Shown here piece by piece: positions 1-10,653 of a DNA stretch of 64,000 nt (position 1 is its first letter; every line of letters begins with the position of its first letter). Position numbers and translations under genes: made by a program. The notes under the pieces are model-generated. The model saw nothing but the letters and a program-made list of their open reading frames with translations, searched no databases and was not told the DNA's origin. The stretch is from Nitrospirota bacterium (lineage in GTDB: Bacteria; Nitrospirota; UBA9217), in assembly GCA_963818475.1 (NCBI GenBank), contig CAWFSF010000005.1, forward strand, positions 32,001 through 96,000, read 5' to 3'.

Positions 1-387
1 TCCTGCGCCGCTATGACAAGTACCGCAAACATTCGAAACATTGGGTAACGCATTGTGCGCCGGATGCGATAGGCTCCTGTTCGGAGCAACGGATCCCGTC
101 GGTGGTCTTCCGTGACAGGATGTGCATCCTGTTAAGGTGAGCGGAGATCCCTGCAGATGGCACTGGCCGCAGGACACGCCGGACATTCCGCCGTCGAGAT
201 CACTCCCATGACATTCCATGCACGTATTAATGTCCTCTTTGCTGGCTGCTGCGTGTTTCGCATACACCCAATCGGACGCATGTTTCCCGGCATCGGAATC
301 AAAAGGCGCCTGATCGTTCGGCGTTCCGCATCCGGCCAACGCCATGAGAGCGATGAGCAGCAGGAAGCTATACCTTCCTATCGTCAT
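1..387 (-). CDS. Lipoprotein multiheme c-type cytochrome (ExtD-like), runs off window start
   Basis: Not in ORF track. Manual translation from ATG at 387 (overlapping upstream TAA): MTIGRYSFLLLIALMALAGC lipobox, then CMECH, CGQCH, CTSCH, CGTCH within 129 aa. Confidence 0.85.
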   Translation of the reverse strand, partial: MTIGRYSFLLLIALMALAGCGTPNDQAPFDSDAGKHASDWVYAKHAAASKEDINTCMECHGSDLDGGMSGVSCGQCHLQGSPLTLTGCTSCHGRPPTGSVAPNRSLSHPAHNALPNVSNVCGTCHSGAG

Positions 388-830
388 TATTTGTGACATG
401 TTCTGCACCTCTCATTATTCTGACGGCCGTGGCACTTCATGCACGATGCCGGGTTGATCCGGCCGTCGATCTTGTGCTGGTTCAGGTAATCTCCACGATG
501 GGGGAGCTCCCGTTCCGGTGAGTCCTTGAACTTGTCGCTCGGTTTCAGCTCGTCCTTGTGCGCGTGACAGTCCGAACAGAATGATTCGACATGACAAAGG
601 CCGCAAGTCTGCGCGTTTTGCCGGGCTGAAAATTTATGTTTGACACCGCCGAATTCGGCCGAATGGTCCATCGATGCCCGCCAGTCAGTATGGCACTGGC
701 TGCAGATGACCGGCGCCTCAACCTCCACAGGATGTTTCAGGGCCGTGCCTGCCGTGCCGATAGCAGCATGCAGCACGAGAGCAAACACCGGCAGGAGCAG
801 TAGGAACGTCTTCTTCATCTTATTATTCAT
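387..830 (-). CDS. Pentaheme c-type cytochrome (ExtC-like)
   Basis: Signal peptide and five CxxCH motifs (CSQCH, CGLCH, CSDCH, CMKCH, CRTCH) in 147 aa. Confidence 0.9.
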   Translation of the reverse strand: MNNKMKKTFLLLLPVFALVLHAAIGTAGTALKHPVEVEAPVICSQCHTDWRASMDHSAEFGGVKHKFSARQNAQTCGLCHVESFCSDCHAHKDELKPSDKFKDSPERELPHRGDYLNQHKIDGRINPASCMKCHGRQNNERCRTCHK

Positions 831-831
831 G

Positions 832-2151
832 CTACACCCCCTTGCGCTTGCCCAGTTCGGAATCGAACCGGTAATTGAGCTTCAGAAAGAGCCGGACATC
901 CTTGTCAAAATCAGGATTTTTCGAGTATTCCAGGTCGGCGCCCAGCTTCAACTTTTCCGTCATATCGTAGAGGGCGGCAACTGTGGCCGAATAGGATTTG
1001 TCAACACCATTGATAGGCTCTTGGTACTTCACTTCCAGGAGATCGAGGGAGATGTCCGTCTTGTTGATCCTTTTGGAAGCATAGATCCGATAGATGTCGT
1101 ATTTGAGCCGGTCGGTCTCTCCGTCCATCTTGTGGATCGAGGCCCCCGCGCTGTATGATTTCGGCTGGCTATAGGTCGCTTTGGCGCCATAATAATTAGC
1201 GGTCCCGGCGATATCATAGCCGTAGTTCTTGTAATCTGCCGAAACTGCCCAATTGGTGCTGATCGCGTAGAAGATCTCTTCTCCCAGGATGTTCACTTTC
1301 TCCTTGGGATCGATCGGACCTCCCGGCGTCATGCTGAAGACGCTCGTGGTCGCACCGGCAAAGTAGTCCTCATAATTGATCCAGGTCGCCTCCGTGTTCA
1401 GCCTCACTTTGCTGAAGGGGCCCAGCAGCAGGTAATACGAATGCTCCATCCAGCCGGTCGTCTGAAAGTTGTACGAGGACTTGCCCATCAGCTCAACCTT
1501 GTCGATCGGTTTGAGCCACAGATCAAGAGCCGACTCCCGCCGGAAGGTATCGCTGTTCTTGTCTTCTCTCAGGTAGGAAAGCCCGACGGTATAAAGGTTT
1601 GCACTCTGGTGGGAGACCCGCCCGCCATAGATGGTGTTGTTGCCCGGCGCGTCGATCCCCGTTTCCACGGGAGCTCCGCCGAAGGCCGAGATGCCGAGCC
1701 CTTCCAGAATATCGGTCCTCGCGTAGATGCCATCCACCCGCTCCGCAGCGATGCCTTCAAAAACCATCACGCGGCCAAGGTTCACGACCGCATTATGCTC
1801 CTTCGTCCGGAAACCTACATATCCGTACTGGAGATCACTGCCCTTCTTCTTGTCATTCCCGAAGGAGTCATCCCGCAGATCGTAACCTAACCAGCCGCCG
1901 ACGTGGGCCGAAAGCGACTCACTCCCCAGGTCCTGCACCGTGAAATCGAGATATTCATAGAGCGGCAGCAGTCTGCTGCCATCCGTCGATTCTCGGGACA
2001 AAAGATACGTATTCGAATTACCGGCCATATCGGCTGCCGGCGCATCAATTGGAGCTAAAAGCAGGATCAGCACGAAGAGAAGCACACCCGTCACTGCGCT
2101 GATCGGGGGACCGCCACTCATGCTTCGTTTCGCCACCTTGATACTCATCAC
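832..2151 (-). CDS. Outer-membrane beta-barrel of a porin-cytochrome conduit (ExtB-like)
   Basis: Signal peptide, alternating aromatic beta-strands, near-terminal LKLNYRF, translationally coupled to two multiheme genes. Confidence 0.75.
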   Translation of the reverse strand: MMSIKVAKRSMSGGPPISAVTGVLLFVLILLLAPIDAPAADMAGNSNTYLLSRESTDGSRLLPLYEYLDFTVQDLGSESLSAHVGGWLGYDLRDDSFGNDKKKGSDLQYGYVGFRTKEHNAVVNLGRVMVFEGIAAERVDGIYARTDILEGLGISAFGGAPVETGIDAPGNNTIYGGRVSHQSANLYTVGLSYLREDKNSDTFRRESALDLWLKPIDKVELMGKSSYNFQTTGWMEHSYYLLLGPFSKVRLNTEATWINYEDYFAGATTSVFSMTPGGPIDPKEKVNILGEEIFYAISTNWAVSADYKNYGYDIAGTANYYGAKATYSQPKSYSAGASIHKMDGETDRLKYDIYRIYASKRINKTDISLDLLEVKYQEPINGVDKSYSATVAALYDMTEKLKLGADLEYSKNPDFDKDVRLFLKLNYRFDSELGKRKGV

Positions 2152-2424
2152 GTTGTTATCTCCTTTCGCTGTCTTCTGATTTTAAATCCAGTAATCGTGA
2201 AATCGTGACCTATTATATTGATTTGATATAAAAAAACAAGACGAATTCTAAAATAAAATACGGTTGTCCACTTATTCCGATCGCCTACCCAGGGAACGAA
2301 TTGCAAGATTCAATGGAGATCCTCACGTTCCGCCGAGCATGTTGAAAACGTAGTTATAGAGAAAACCGGCGCGCACGTAAGGCAGTATTATTGAGACATT
2401 CCCTTTGCGAAGATTCAAAAGATA

Positions 2425-2778
2425 TTACGAACCCAGTCTTGCCTTCCAGACGCTTTTGCCAAAACTGTCTTTTTCCTTAGAAATCCGAAAATACGGCGCA
2501 TTTTCCCTGGGCTCGGATATTTTCCCGTTCGGCAAGGTCATGGTCATGGTCATCTTTACCCTGAACGTCCAAGACCCATCCTTGTTCTGACTACCCCGTT
2601 CCACGACGGTCAGAGGTGATATTATGGTGAAATTATCGCCCTTCAGGATGCCGGAATCGTTTATTGCCTTTACCACTTCTTCGTCCGATGGCCGGGAAAA
2701 ACTGGAACAGCCGGTGCCATTCACCAGTAACGCCGACAGCAATAATAATAACGAAAAAAACATTACTCTGATTTTCAT
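2425..2778 (-). CDS. Hypothetical lipoprotein
   Basis: Hydrophobic N-terminus ending GTGC; SD-like AGGAG upstream. Confidence 0.7.
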   Translation of the reverse strand: MKIRVMFFSLLLLLSALLVNGTGCSSFSRPSDEEVVKAINDSGILKGDNFTIISPLTVVERGSQNKDGSWTFRVKMTMTMTLPNGKISEPRENAPYFRISKEKDSFGKSVWKARLGS

Positions 2779-2948
2779 CTGTTTCGATCTCCTTATGATT
2801 GATGATATTGCTATCTTTTCACTTAATCGATCTTCCAGGAAGGCATCATCGAGGTCGAGCGATTCCCGAAAGTACTAACAATATCAATACTACCTGAAGC
2901 GCTCCTGTTTGTCAAAGCCTTAGCCATTGCGCGCAAAATAACGGGATT

Positions 2949-2981
2949 AAAAAAAGAGGCGGCCCCGATGGGGTCCGCCTC
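2949..2981 (-). terminator. Rho-independent terminator after decaheme gene 1
   Basis: GAGGCGG-CCCC/GGGG-CCGCCTC hairpin followed by T7 on the minus strand. Confidence 0.8.
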
Positions 2982-3034
2982 GCTAGTTTTGCATGCGCTG
3001 AAATCCGCACTTGTTCTGTACTCACGACACCATC

Positions 3035-5675
3035 TTACGGTTTAATAGCAGTGCTCCGCGGCTTGTAGATGGCGCCACCATTCGCCTTCATATGGTCCTG
3101 TGCAATGGTGCTGTCGTGGCAGGCGCTGCATGCCGCCGTGATCGGAGACGTCACCAGGGTAGTGCCTGCAGCAGGTGTTGTAACCCCCGTAGCGGCGTTG
3201 TAGCTGAAGCCGCTGCCATAGTTGGTGTCCAGCGTGACATACGGCGAGAACGCGAATGAGCTGGTCGAACTCGAAGCAAGCGTGCCGGTTGCAACGTAGC
3301 TGAACAGCCCGTTTTTCACCAAGGCACCGTTGTTCGAGGTGTACGCGCTGTTACTGTAGTCATAGTAGCCGGTTACATGGCAGGCGTCGCACTTTTTCAG
3401 CAGGTCGGAGCCATCGCCAGAGAGCGGATAGGTGATTTCCGAGAAATTCTCCGTTGCTGAGACTGCATGCCACGTGAACGGCACCTCGCGCTTTGCGGAC
3501 GCATGGATAGCGTGCATTATGTCCTTGGAGTTCGCGGACCAGCCGCTGCTCGTTCTGTTCGGATTGTGGCAGAAGGAGCAGGTCGGTGCGTCATTGCGCT
3601 GACCGGCATGGAACGACGGGTTCGCTCCCAAGTGTCCGTGACAGGCGTTGCACTTGGCCGTGTCGACGGCGCTGCGCCGTGCAGTGTATCCCGCAGCTGC
3701 CATAGACTTATCAGGAGCCGGCACGATGAGACCGCCGACGCCGATGCCTGTCGACGCGTTCGTCTGCGAGAACGTACAGGCAGTAACCAGGTTCGGATCG
3801 GAGAAGGTGTAACCCGTGGTCTGGGTGAGCGGCGGTGCGGACGACAAGCTGTAGGTGTAGCCTACTCCGCCGGTCAGCATGGTGGCATCGGGCGCAACCT
3901 GCACTCCCGTCAGCGTGATGGTGTACGTGGGAGCTGAGCTTATATCCAGAATGCCCGCGCCGGTTCCGGTCGCGGTACCTTTCCAGATGTTCTTGATATA
4001 CCCGCCGGCCGTAACGTTATAGTCTGCCGGGGTCGCGATACCGTCCTGAGGAACAGCCCAGGCAAACTGCACGCTCGGCGAGCCGACAAAATTGTTGAAC
4101 AGCTGGCCCGACGTGTTCGTGTTGAAGCTGACCGGGGTGCCGTCCATCAGGATCTGGAACCCGATCGAAGGCCGGAGTGCGCCGTTCACCGAGGTCGTCG
4201 CGACGCTCAAGACATTATAGGTGACCACGATTGCGCCCGGGGGCGGCACATCATTCGACGCTACGACGCAGGCGGCATTGGTGTTGTTGTTCGTGCCGCC
4301 GGCCAATGCGTTGTTCGGGTCTGGTTCTGCGATGGCGACATGGAGATTTAAAATTTCTGTAGAGTCATGACATAAAGTACACTGACAGTCGTCGGTCTGG
4401 TCCCAAGCCGGTGTGCAGTGTGAAACCCGGCGGCCAGCAGGACTCACGAAGGTGATGTTGTCATGACAGGCGCCGCAGGCCTTCCTGCTGGGATTGGTCA
4501 GGTGTCTGCCGCCCTCAGTGCCGGCATGGCAGGTGGTGCACTTGCGGACATCCTGAGGATAGGTGACCTCATTGTACGAGAACACCGCCATAACTATAGC
4601 CCTGCAGACTGAGTTTATTGCCCTTATGGATCTGATGGATCAACCTGACAAATTCACCGGACGCGAAACCGCCGGCTGTTGAGGTCGGATCAGAGCCGAG
4701 AGCCACCTGGCCGCTCACGATATTGGTGCTGCCGGTCAGGACACCGTTTGCATCCGGAGATGATGCGGTACGACCGTTTGCACGCTGATAGGTGTGGCAC
4801 ATGACGCAGTATTTCGGGTCGTCACGCCCGCCGTGAGGAGTGGTAATGCCGAGCTGGTAGTGGCAGGCATCGCAGGCGCCCTCTGCAACAATGTCATGCT
4901 GTATCGGTGTGCCCGGGAAAGCTTGCGCGGGAACGAAGTCCCTGGTCAGGTCCAGCGGCTCCTCGTTGAGCGTGCCCCCGGCAACGGCCCCAAAGACCCG
5001 GATCGCCAGACGGTGGGTCTTGTTCGGATCATAGGTTACGCCGGGAACCGTTGTTACGTTCTTATTCATGGTGTAGGTGTAGGTGCCGTTGCCATTGTCC
5101 ACGAAGTTTGCTGCTGTACCCTCGTCAGTCGGCCGGGAGGTCGCTGTGGCCACCTCATAGCTCTGCCAATAGGAGGGGAAAGAGTTCGTGGCAGATTCAA
5201 CAAGTTGGGCAAGAGTTACGCGCAAGTTGACCACGTTCGCTCCCGACACATTCGCCTTCAGGCCGACGATGCCGTGGCCCGCGCCATCAGTTATGGTAAA
5301 ATTGACGACCGGCGTCACCGTAGCGATGGTGACGAGATCGATAGTGCCGGCCATCTTGATCCCGGCCAGCTGTGCAGCATTCTGTTGATTGATGTCCACC
5401 ACCAGACCACTGGTCGCCGTAAGCTGAGTCACCGTAAGCGGCGCCGTGAAGGGCGATTGCGAGGACAGGGCATGCACATCCGTAATATTCGCTATGGCGC
5501 CGGGACCATGGCAAATGAGGCACTGCTCATTAGCTGCGCCTGCCGTCAAATCCTGCCCGGGTGCGCCTGGCGCTCCGGCCGACCCTGTGTCACCTTTACA
5601 GCCAGCCAGCAGAAAAACAATAAAAAGCAGCGAAAAACATATTGCACCGAATTGATGGACCTTCTTACGAGTCAT
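3035..5675 (-). CDS. MtrC/OmcA-family decaheme lipoprotein cytochrome 1 (one frameshift near 4578)
   Basis: Start MTRKK at 5675, lipobox LLAGC, Gly-X-Y linker. Ten CxxCH over two ORFs (3+7). IHQIH..G and YPQDVRKCTTCH motifs typical of the MtrC/OmcA family. Confidence 0.85.
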
Positions 5676-6364
5676 AGCTTTTTTCTCCCTTTCGTTAATT
5701 TTAAAATAAAAAAAATTTTGCCCCCTCGACACGTATTCGAACATAGAAGCCGGATCGTCTGGTCATCCCATCCCTCCCCTCTTGGATGTTCGTTGCACGA
5801 ATTGCATCACATCCATCCGATTTTTTCATTGGTGCTAAAAAAAAGCTCCCGCAATTTTTAGTCAGATTCATTATTAAAGTCCCCCTCAATAAACGGCACC
5901 GAGAGGCTGTGAAAGCTGCGGGTATAATTTTTCTCATTCTTTGTAATTATTATTCTTTTTGGTTTCGGCCTGTTCCGCTTGCGCAGACTTTGTTTGTCCG
6001 GGTTAGGATGAGTTTTTCGCGATCCGATGATTAAACTGTTATTTTCCACATATAAAATGAACTTAGCTCTATTTTCTATTTTGTCAAGTTGCGGTCCGGC
6101 TGAATTCAACTACCATTCATAAGGTAGGCACGAACTTAATACTTTCGTATTAATGTGCTTGCTCAATGTGACTTTAGGTTGCGCTAATATGGGCGAAACC
6201 CCTCTGTCTCGGCAGCCTTGTGCAGCGATCAATAGTTCGGAAAGCGCGCATTGTCTGGTATATGGCGAAAGGCTCGAGGGAGGGTTAGAAAAATCGAGTA
6301 AGGATGCTTCGTTCTTCAGGTGTGTGAGAATCGGTTTTGTTTCGGCATGCAATAATGAACTTTC

Positions 6365-6428
6365 ATTCAACAAACTGCTACTAACTGCACATACCCCCCC
6401 CTGATACTAATGTTTACCTCGCATATGC
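6365..6428 (-). repeat. Copy 1 of a leader motif shared with 8876-8931
   Basis: attcaacaaactgcWactaactgcaca...tgatactaatg...catatgc occurs in both places. Confidence 0.8.
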
Positions 6429-6576
6429 TTCTACAGAAACAGCGCTAGCTCCCAAGTTCTTCCAAGCCCGTGCTCGGGACAGACTAGAACGCGCCCTGAA
6501 GCATCTGTCGAGGATTTAACAGTAAGTGCAACCAAGGTTTTGATCCTTCATTCGTATTGAACCATGGTCCGCGCAC

Positions 6577-6605
6577 AAAAAAGGGCGGACCTTTCGGTCC
6601 GCCCT
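6577..6605 (-). terminator. Rho-independent terminator after decaheme gene 2
   Basis: AGGGCGGACC-TTTC-GGTCCGCCCT perfect stem plus T-run on the minus strand. Confidence 0.85.
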
Positions 6606-6641
6606 GCTGAACGTCTCTGAAATTAAATTACCCTTTCAAAG

Positions 6642-8846
6642 CTATTGAGCCTTCTGATAGATCCCGCCATTCTGGAGCATATGGTCGGTTGCGCCGGGAT
6701 TGTCACCATGGCAACCAAGGCACGGGGTCTCATAGACATTGGTCTTATAGGTGGTCGCCCCGGAGGTATGGCAGGTCACGCAGGTCTTTGTGCTCTGCGG
6801 ATAGGTGATTTCGCTCCAGTCACGGCCATCGTTCATGTCGCCGGTTGCAGAGGCGGAATGGACAGCATGTACGCGATTGGAGATCTGAGCGCCATGGCTG
6901 GTCGGCTGATTCTGATCGTGACAGGACAGACAATGATCAGTATCAAAGGGCGCGACATGGTCATTCGTGTGCATCGTGGTGGCGCCATGGCAGTTGATGC
7001 AGGCATCACCGGCAACTTTCTTCTGATCGTCAGCCGTACCGATCTTGATGGTCGTCAGTGCGATCGATTCAATCTGGTACGGATGTGCAGCCGGTCCGGG
7101 AACGCTTCTATTGTACGAATAGTCACCAAACCTGGCGCGAACCATGTAGGTGCCGGCAGTTGCGTTGGCCGGAACGGTCACAGCATAATGAAAGCCGGTT
7201 GCATCGCCCTTACCAAAGAGGCTCAAGGCCTGGGTGCCCAGCAACGGCTTGGCAAGGCTGCGAGGACCATAGACATAGAGGCTCGCGGTGCGAAGTCCGC
7301 CGCCGCTAACATATGCGGCATCCTGAGCCGTGGTGTAGACTGATGTAGGAACCGGGGTTGCGGTCCCATGAAGCGTCAAGGTGGCGTCCACGGTAAAGGT
7401 CTCACCGGTAACGTAATGCGTGCCGTTGGCGGGAGCGGTCAAGACGAGCGTTACGTCGTATTCCGGAATATCAGCACTGGCGACGGTAGCGGCATGAGCG
7501 TTAACGATGTCCGCAGCATCAGCGGTGGCCACATGGCAGCCAGCGCATGATGTGGCAATCCTTGTACCCGTAGGTGTACTTGCGATAGATGGGTCATGAA
7601 TCATACTGCCGTCGGCATTTACTGTATTCCCGGTATGACAGGAGGAGCAGACCCGAGCGGTCGGATTGGTCTTCCAGTTATCGAGTTTTGTGCCAGTGCC
7701 AAGGGACGCTCCGGTTAAGTTGACATGACAGACTGACGCAGTCCTTGACGTTCTGCGGATAGGTAACAGCCGTATAGCCTTCCATCCGCTCTTCAAATGC
7801 CGGCACTTCTTTGGCAGCATGGATCTTGTGGATGAATACCGGGAGGTCGGCGGTGTCTTCTACCATAAAGCCCACCGCATGGCTACCAGAGCCATACAAA
7901 GCACTGTGGCAGAAGTCGCACGCACGGATATCATTGCGGCTGTTGGCATGGGCAGCACCATCCATCAGCGGGCCGTGGCACTTCTGGCAGGCCTGGATGG
8001 TGACGAACTGTCGCTGGGAAGCGATTGCGGTAGCATATCGCCACACCAGGATCACCATCGAAATCCAGGATCCCGATTGCCTTGTTAAATCCGGTGGGAG
8101 GAGAGCTCATCTCTATCACTACACGCTTCTTATTGGCAGCCGCATAGTCGGCATTGTTGTAGCTCGGCCACGCTGAACCAAACGGAGTGACAAAGGTATA
8201 CGAGTAATTGCCGCTGCCGCTATTAACAAGGGCGTTGGTTGCTGGTGTTGCAAGTGATCCTGTCGATGTTGCACTTGCAATACAGGTGTTGTACGTCGGA
8301 TTCGTGAGACCGTCCGCTAATTTTGTCGCTGTATCCAGTTTGGTGCCCGCAGCACATGCAGGGGCGGCAAGTTTCCCCGCTGTCTCCGAAACCCACATCT
8401 CGTAGTAATCGGTTCCATAGACTGTACCGACGGCTGTGTCACAGTACCGGCAGGGATCAGGTCGGCTATCTTGAAGCTCTGATTACTGAAGGTAATCGTG
8501 GTGTAATTCGCAAGAGTTCCGGTTTGACGATCTTTCCTATCCACATGAAATTAACCTTCGGGAAACCGCCCACGTTTTCCACGCTCGTGACAGTAACGAT
8601 CAGACCTTCATTGGTGTTGTCGGGATGCATAACCGCAACATCCGCGAGCGCACCCGTCTTGTGGCATACCATACATGATTCATTGGTCGTGGTCACCGGG
8701 CCTGCAGGACCCGTCGCACCTGTCGCGCCATTCGCGCCTGACGCGCCGTTATCGCCTTTACAGCCGGCCAGGAGACTCATGGTGAAAAGCATGGTAAAAC
8801 ATACGAGCAAAAGCATAAACTTCTTTGTCAATGACTGAACCTTCAT
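6642..8846 (-). CDS. MtrC/OmcA-family decaheme lipoprotein cytochrome 2 (several frameshifts)
   Basis: Start MKVQSL at 8846, lipobox LLAGC, GATGPAGP linker. CMVCH, CQKCH, CDFCH, CVVCH (restored across frameshift at ~7735), CSSCH, CAGCH, CINCH, CLSCH, CVTCH, CLGCH = 10 hemes. IHKIH and YPQ motifs. Confidence 0.8.
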
Positions 8847-8875
8847 AAACGTTGCCTCCCCTTTTTCGTTTTTTA

Positions 8876-8931
8876 ATTCAACAAACTGCAACTAACTGCA
8901 CACCACTATTCGGTGATACTAATGCATATGC
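8876..8931 (-). repeat. Copy 2 of leader motif, in the 5' UTR of decaheme gene 2
   Basis: Aligns with 6365-6428; lies ~30 nt upstream of the start codon. Confidence 0.8.
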
Positions 8932-9014
8932 CTCCTTTTTTTTATTTGTATAAACACCGACGACTTTAATTCTAAAGTCATTCAAATAAATATGGTTTTA
9001 TTTACTAATACTAA

Positions 9015-9030
9015 TGCAATAGGCATACCG
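9015..9030 (-). promoter_or_regulatory. Sigma54 (-24/-12) promoter for decaheme gene 2
   Basis: Minus strand CGGTATGCCTATTGCA = GG-N10-GC with TTGCA; AT-rich tract upstream; adjacent sigma54 activator gene. Confidence 0.65.
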
Positions 9031-9102
9031 TTTCACAACTATAAAAAAACATCATAAAAACAACTTATTAAAATATTTCCTAAATAGAGTTTAGTACGGA
9101 CG

Positions 9103-9139
9103 TGGTGAAATGACCTGAGCGGGTGTGGCTATTTCACCA
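9103..9139. promoter_or_regulatory. Candidate enhancer (UAS) inverted repeat
   Basis: TGGTGAAAT-N19-ATTTCACCA, about 75-110 bp upstream of the -24 box. Confidence 0.45.
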
Positions 9140-9267
9140 GGAGCAGGTTTTGCTTAGATCGTTTATTTTTTATATTGGATGTGATTTTCAGTTATTGTGG
9201 GATATGTTGCGATTGTATTCGGTGGTTTCAAGGCACTCGTAGCGGAAATCGTGGTGCAACCTCTATC

Positions 9268-10653
9268 TTACAGCCCGTATTTTTTCACCTGATATCTCAG
9301 CGTGTCGTAGGTGAGGTTCAGCAGTTTTGCTGCCTGAGCCTTGTTATGCTTCGTTTTTTCGAGCGCCTGGAGAATGATGTCCCGCTCAAGGTCTTCGAGG
9401 GAGATGCCGGCGTCGGGCAGAAGAAAACGCCCTTCCACAAAGAGGTCCGCTGCCGACAACCTGCCGGTCAGTGTTGCCGGCAGATGCTCAGCCCGGATCT
9501 CCCCTTCGCTGCCGAGCACAACAAGTCGTTCCACGCAATTTCTCAGTTCCCTGATGTTCCCGGGCCATGGATAGGCGAGCATGATCTTTTCCGCTTCCAA
9601 CGAGATGGACGTAATGCCTTTTTTGTTATACTTTCCGGAAAAAAGGGAGATGAAATGCCTGGCAAGCAGCAGAATATCCTCCTTCCGCTCCCGGAGCGAC
9701 GGCATGGTGACATGAAAGCTGTTCAGACGGTAGAACAGGTCGCTCCTGAATATCCCCTTCTTGACCGCATCAGCAAGGTTTATATTCGTCGTGGCAATCA
9801 CTGCAACGTCCACGGGAATGCTCTCCGATCCCCCGACATGCCTCACCTGCCGCTCCTCGAGGAACCGCAGCAACTTGCTCTGGAGAGCAGGCTGCATTTC
9901 GCCGACCTCGTCGAGCAGGATCACGCCGCCGTTGGCAAGCTCGAACACTCCCTTTTTGTCCGTCTTGGCGTCTGTGAAGGATCCTTTCTCATAACCGAAA
10001 AGCTCGCTCTCCAGCAGGTGCTCCGGCAGCGCCGCGCAATTGACCGCCATGTAGGGCAGCCTCCTTGGCTCGGAGGCGCCATGCAGCATGCTGTGAAAGT
10101 ACCGGGCCAGCAGTTCCTTGCCGGTCCCGCTTTCCCCGGTGATGAGGAGGCTCGTCACGTGGGCGGAGGCTAATTTTTCCACCGTCGTTCGCAGCTCCAT
10201 CATCACCCGCGACCCGCCGATCATCTCCCGATCAAAGGATTCAGCATTGACCTTTCTGAGATAATCGACCTCCCGGGTCAGCTGCGCCCGCTCGATGATG
10301 TTGCGGAGCAGGATCTTCACTTCTTCGATATTGAACGGTTTGGTGAGATAATCCGCCGCGCCGAGCTTCATCGCTTTCACCGCCGTCTCGGCAGTATCGT
10401 CGGCCGTCAGCATGACGACCTGCGTGGCGATCTTCTGCTCCACCAGCTCCCGCAGGATATCGAGCCCGCTCCGTCCGGACAGATTGTTGTCCAGGAGCAC
10501 GATATCGGGGTACCAGGTTTTTATTTTCCCCACAATGCCGTCAGCGCCGGTCTCGACGCGGACATCATAGCCGCCGTTCTTCAGCGCCCGGGAGAGCATT
10601 GACCCTATGAGCGCATCGTCGTCAACGACCAGAATTCTATCCTTAACCTTCAT
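9268..10653 (-). CDS. NtrC-family sigma54-dependent response regulator
   Basis: Receiver (VVDDD, LLD), Walker A GESGTGKE, GSFTDA variant of GAFTGA, FRSDLFYRLN, WPGNIREL, Fis-type HTH. Confidence 0.95.
   Translation of the reverse strand: MKVKDRILVVDDDALIGSMLSRALKNGGYDVRVETGADGIVGKIKTWYPDIVLLDNNLSGRSGLDILRELVEQKIATQVVMLTADDTAETAVKAMKLGAADYLTKPFNIEEVKILLRNIIERAQLTREVDYLRKVNAESFDREMIGGSRVMMELRTTVEKLASAHVTSLLITGESGTGKELLARYFHSMLHGASEPRRLPYMAVNCAALPEHLLESELFGYEKGSFTDAKTDKKGVFELANGGVILLDEVGEMQPALQSKLLRFLEERQVRHVGGSESIPVDVAVIATTNINLADAVKKGIFRSDLFYRLNSFHVTMPSLRERKEDILLLARHFISLFSGKYNKKGITSISLEAEKIMLAYPWPGNIRELRNCVERLVVLGSEGEIRAEHLPATLTGRLSAADLFVEGRFLLPDAGISLEDLERDIILQALEKTKHNKAQAAKLLNLTYDTLRYQVKKYGL

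Noticed and set aside
5880-6010. Possible cyclic-dinucleotide (GEMM) riboswitch upstream of decaheme gene 1
   Set aside because: The AAAC...GAAAG-like words are on the non-coding strand and I cannot build P1/P2 on the minus strand.
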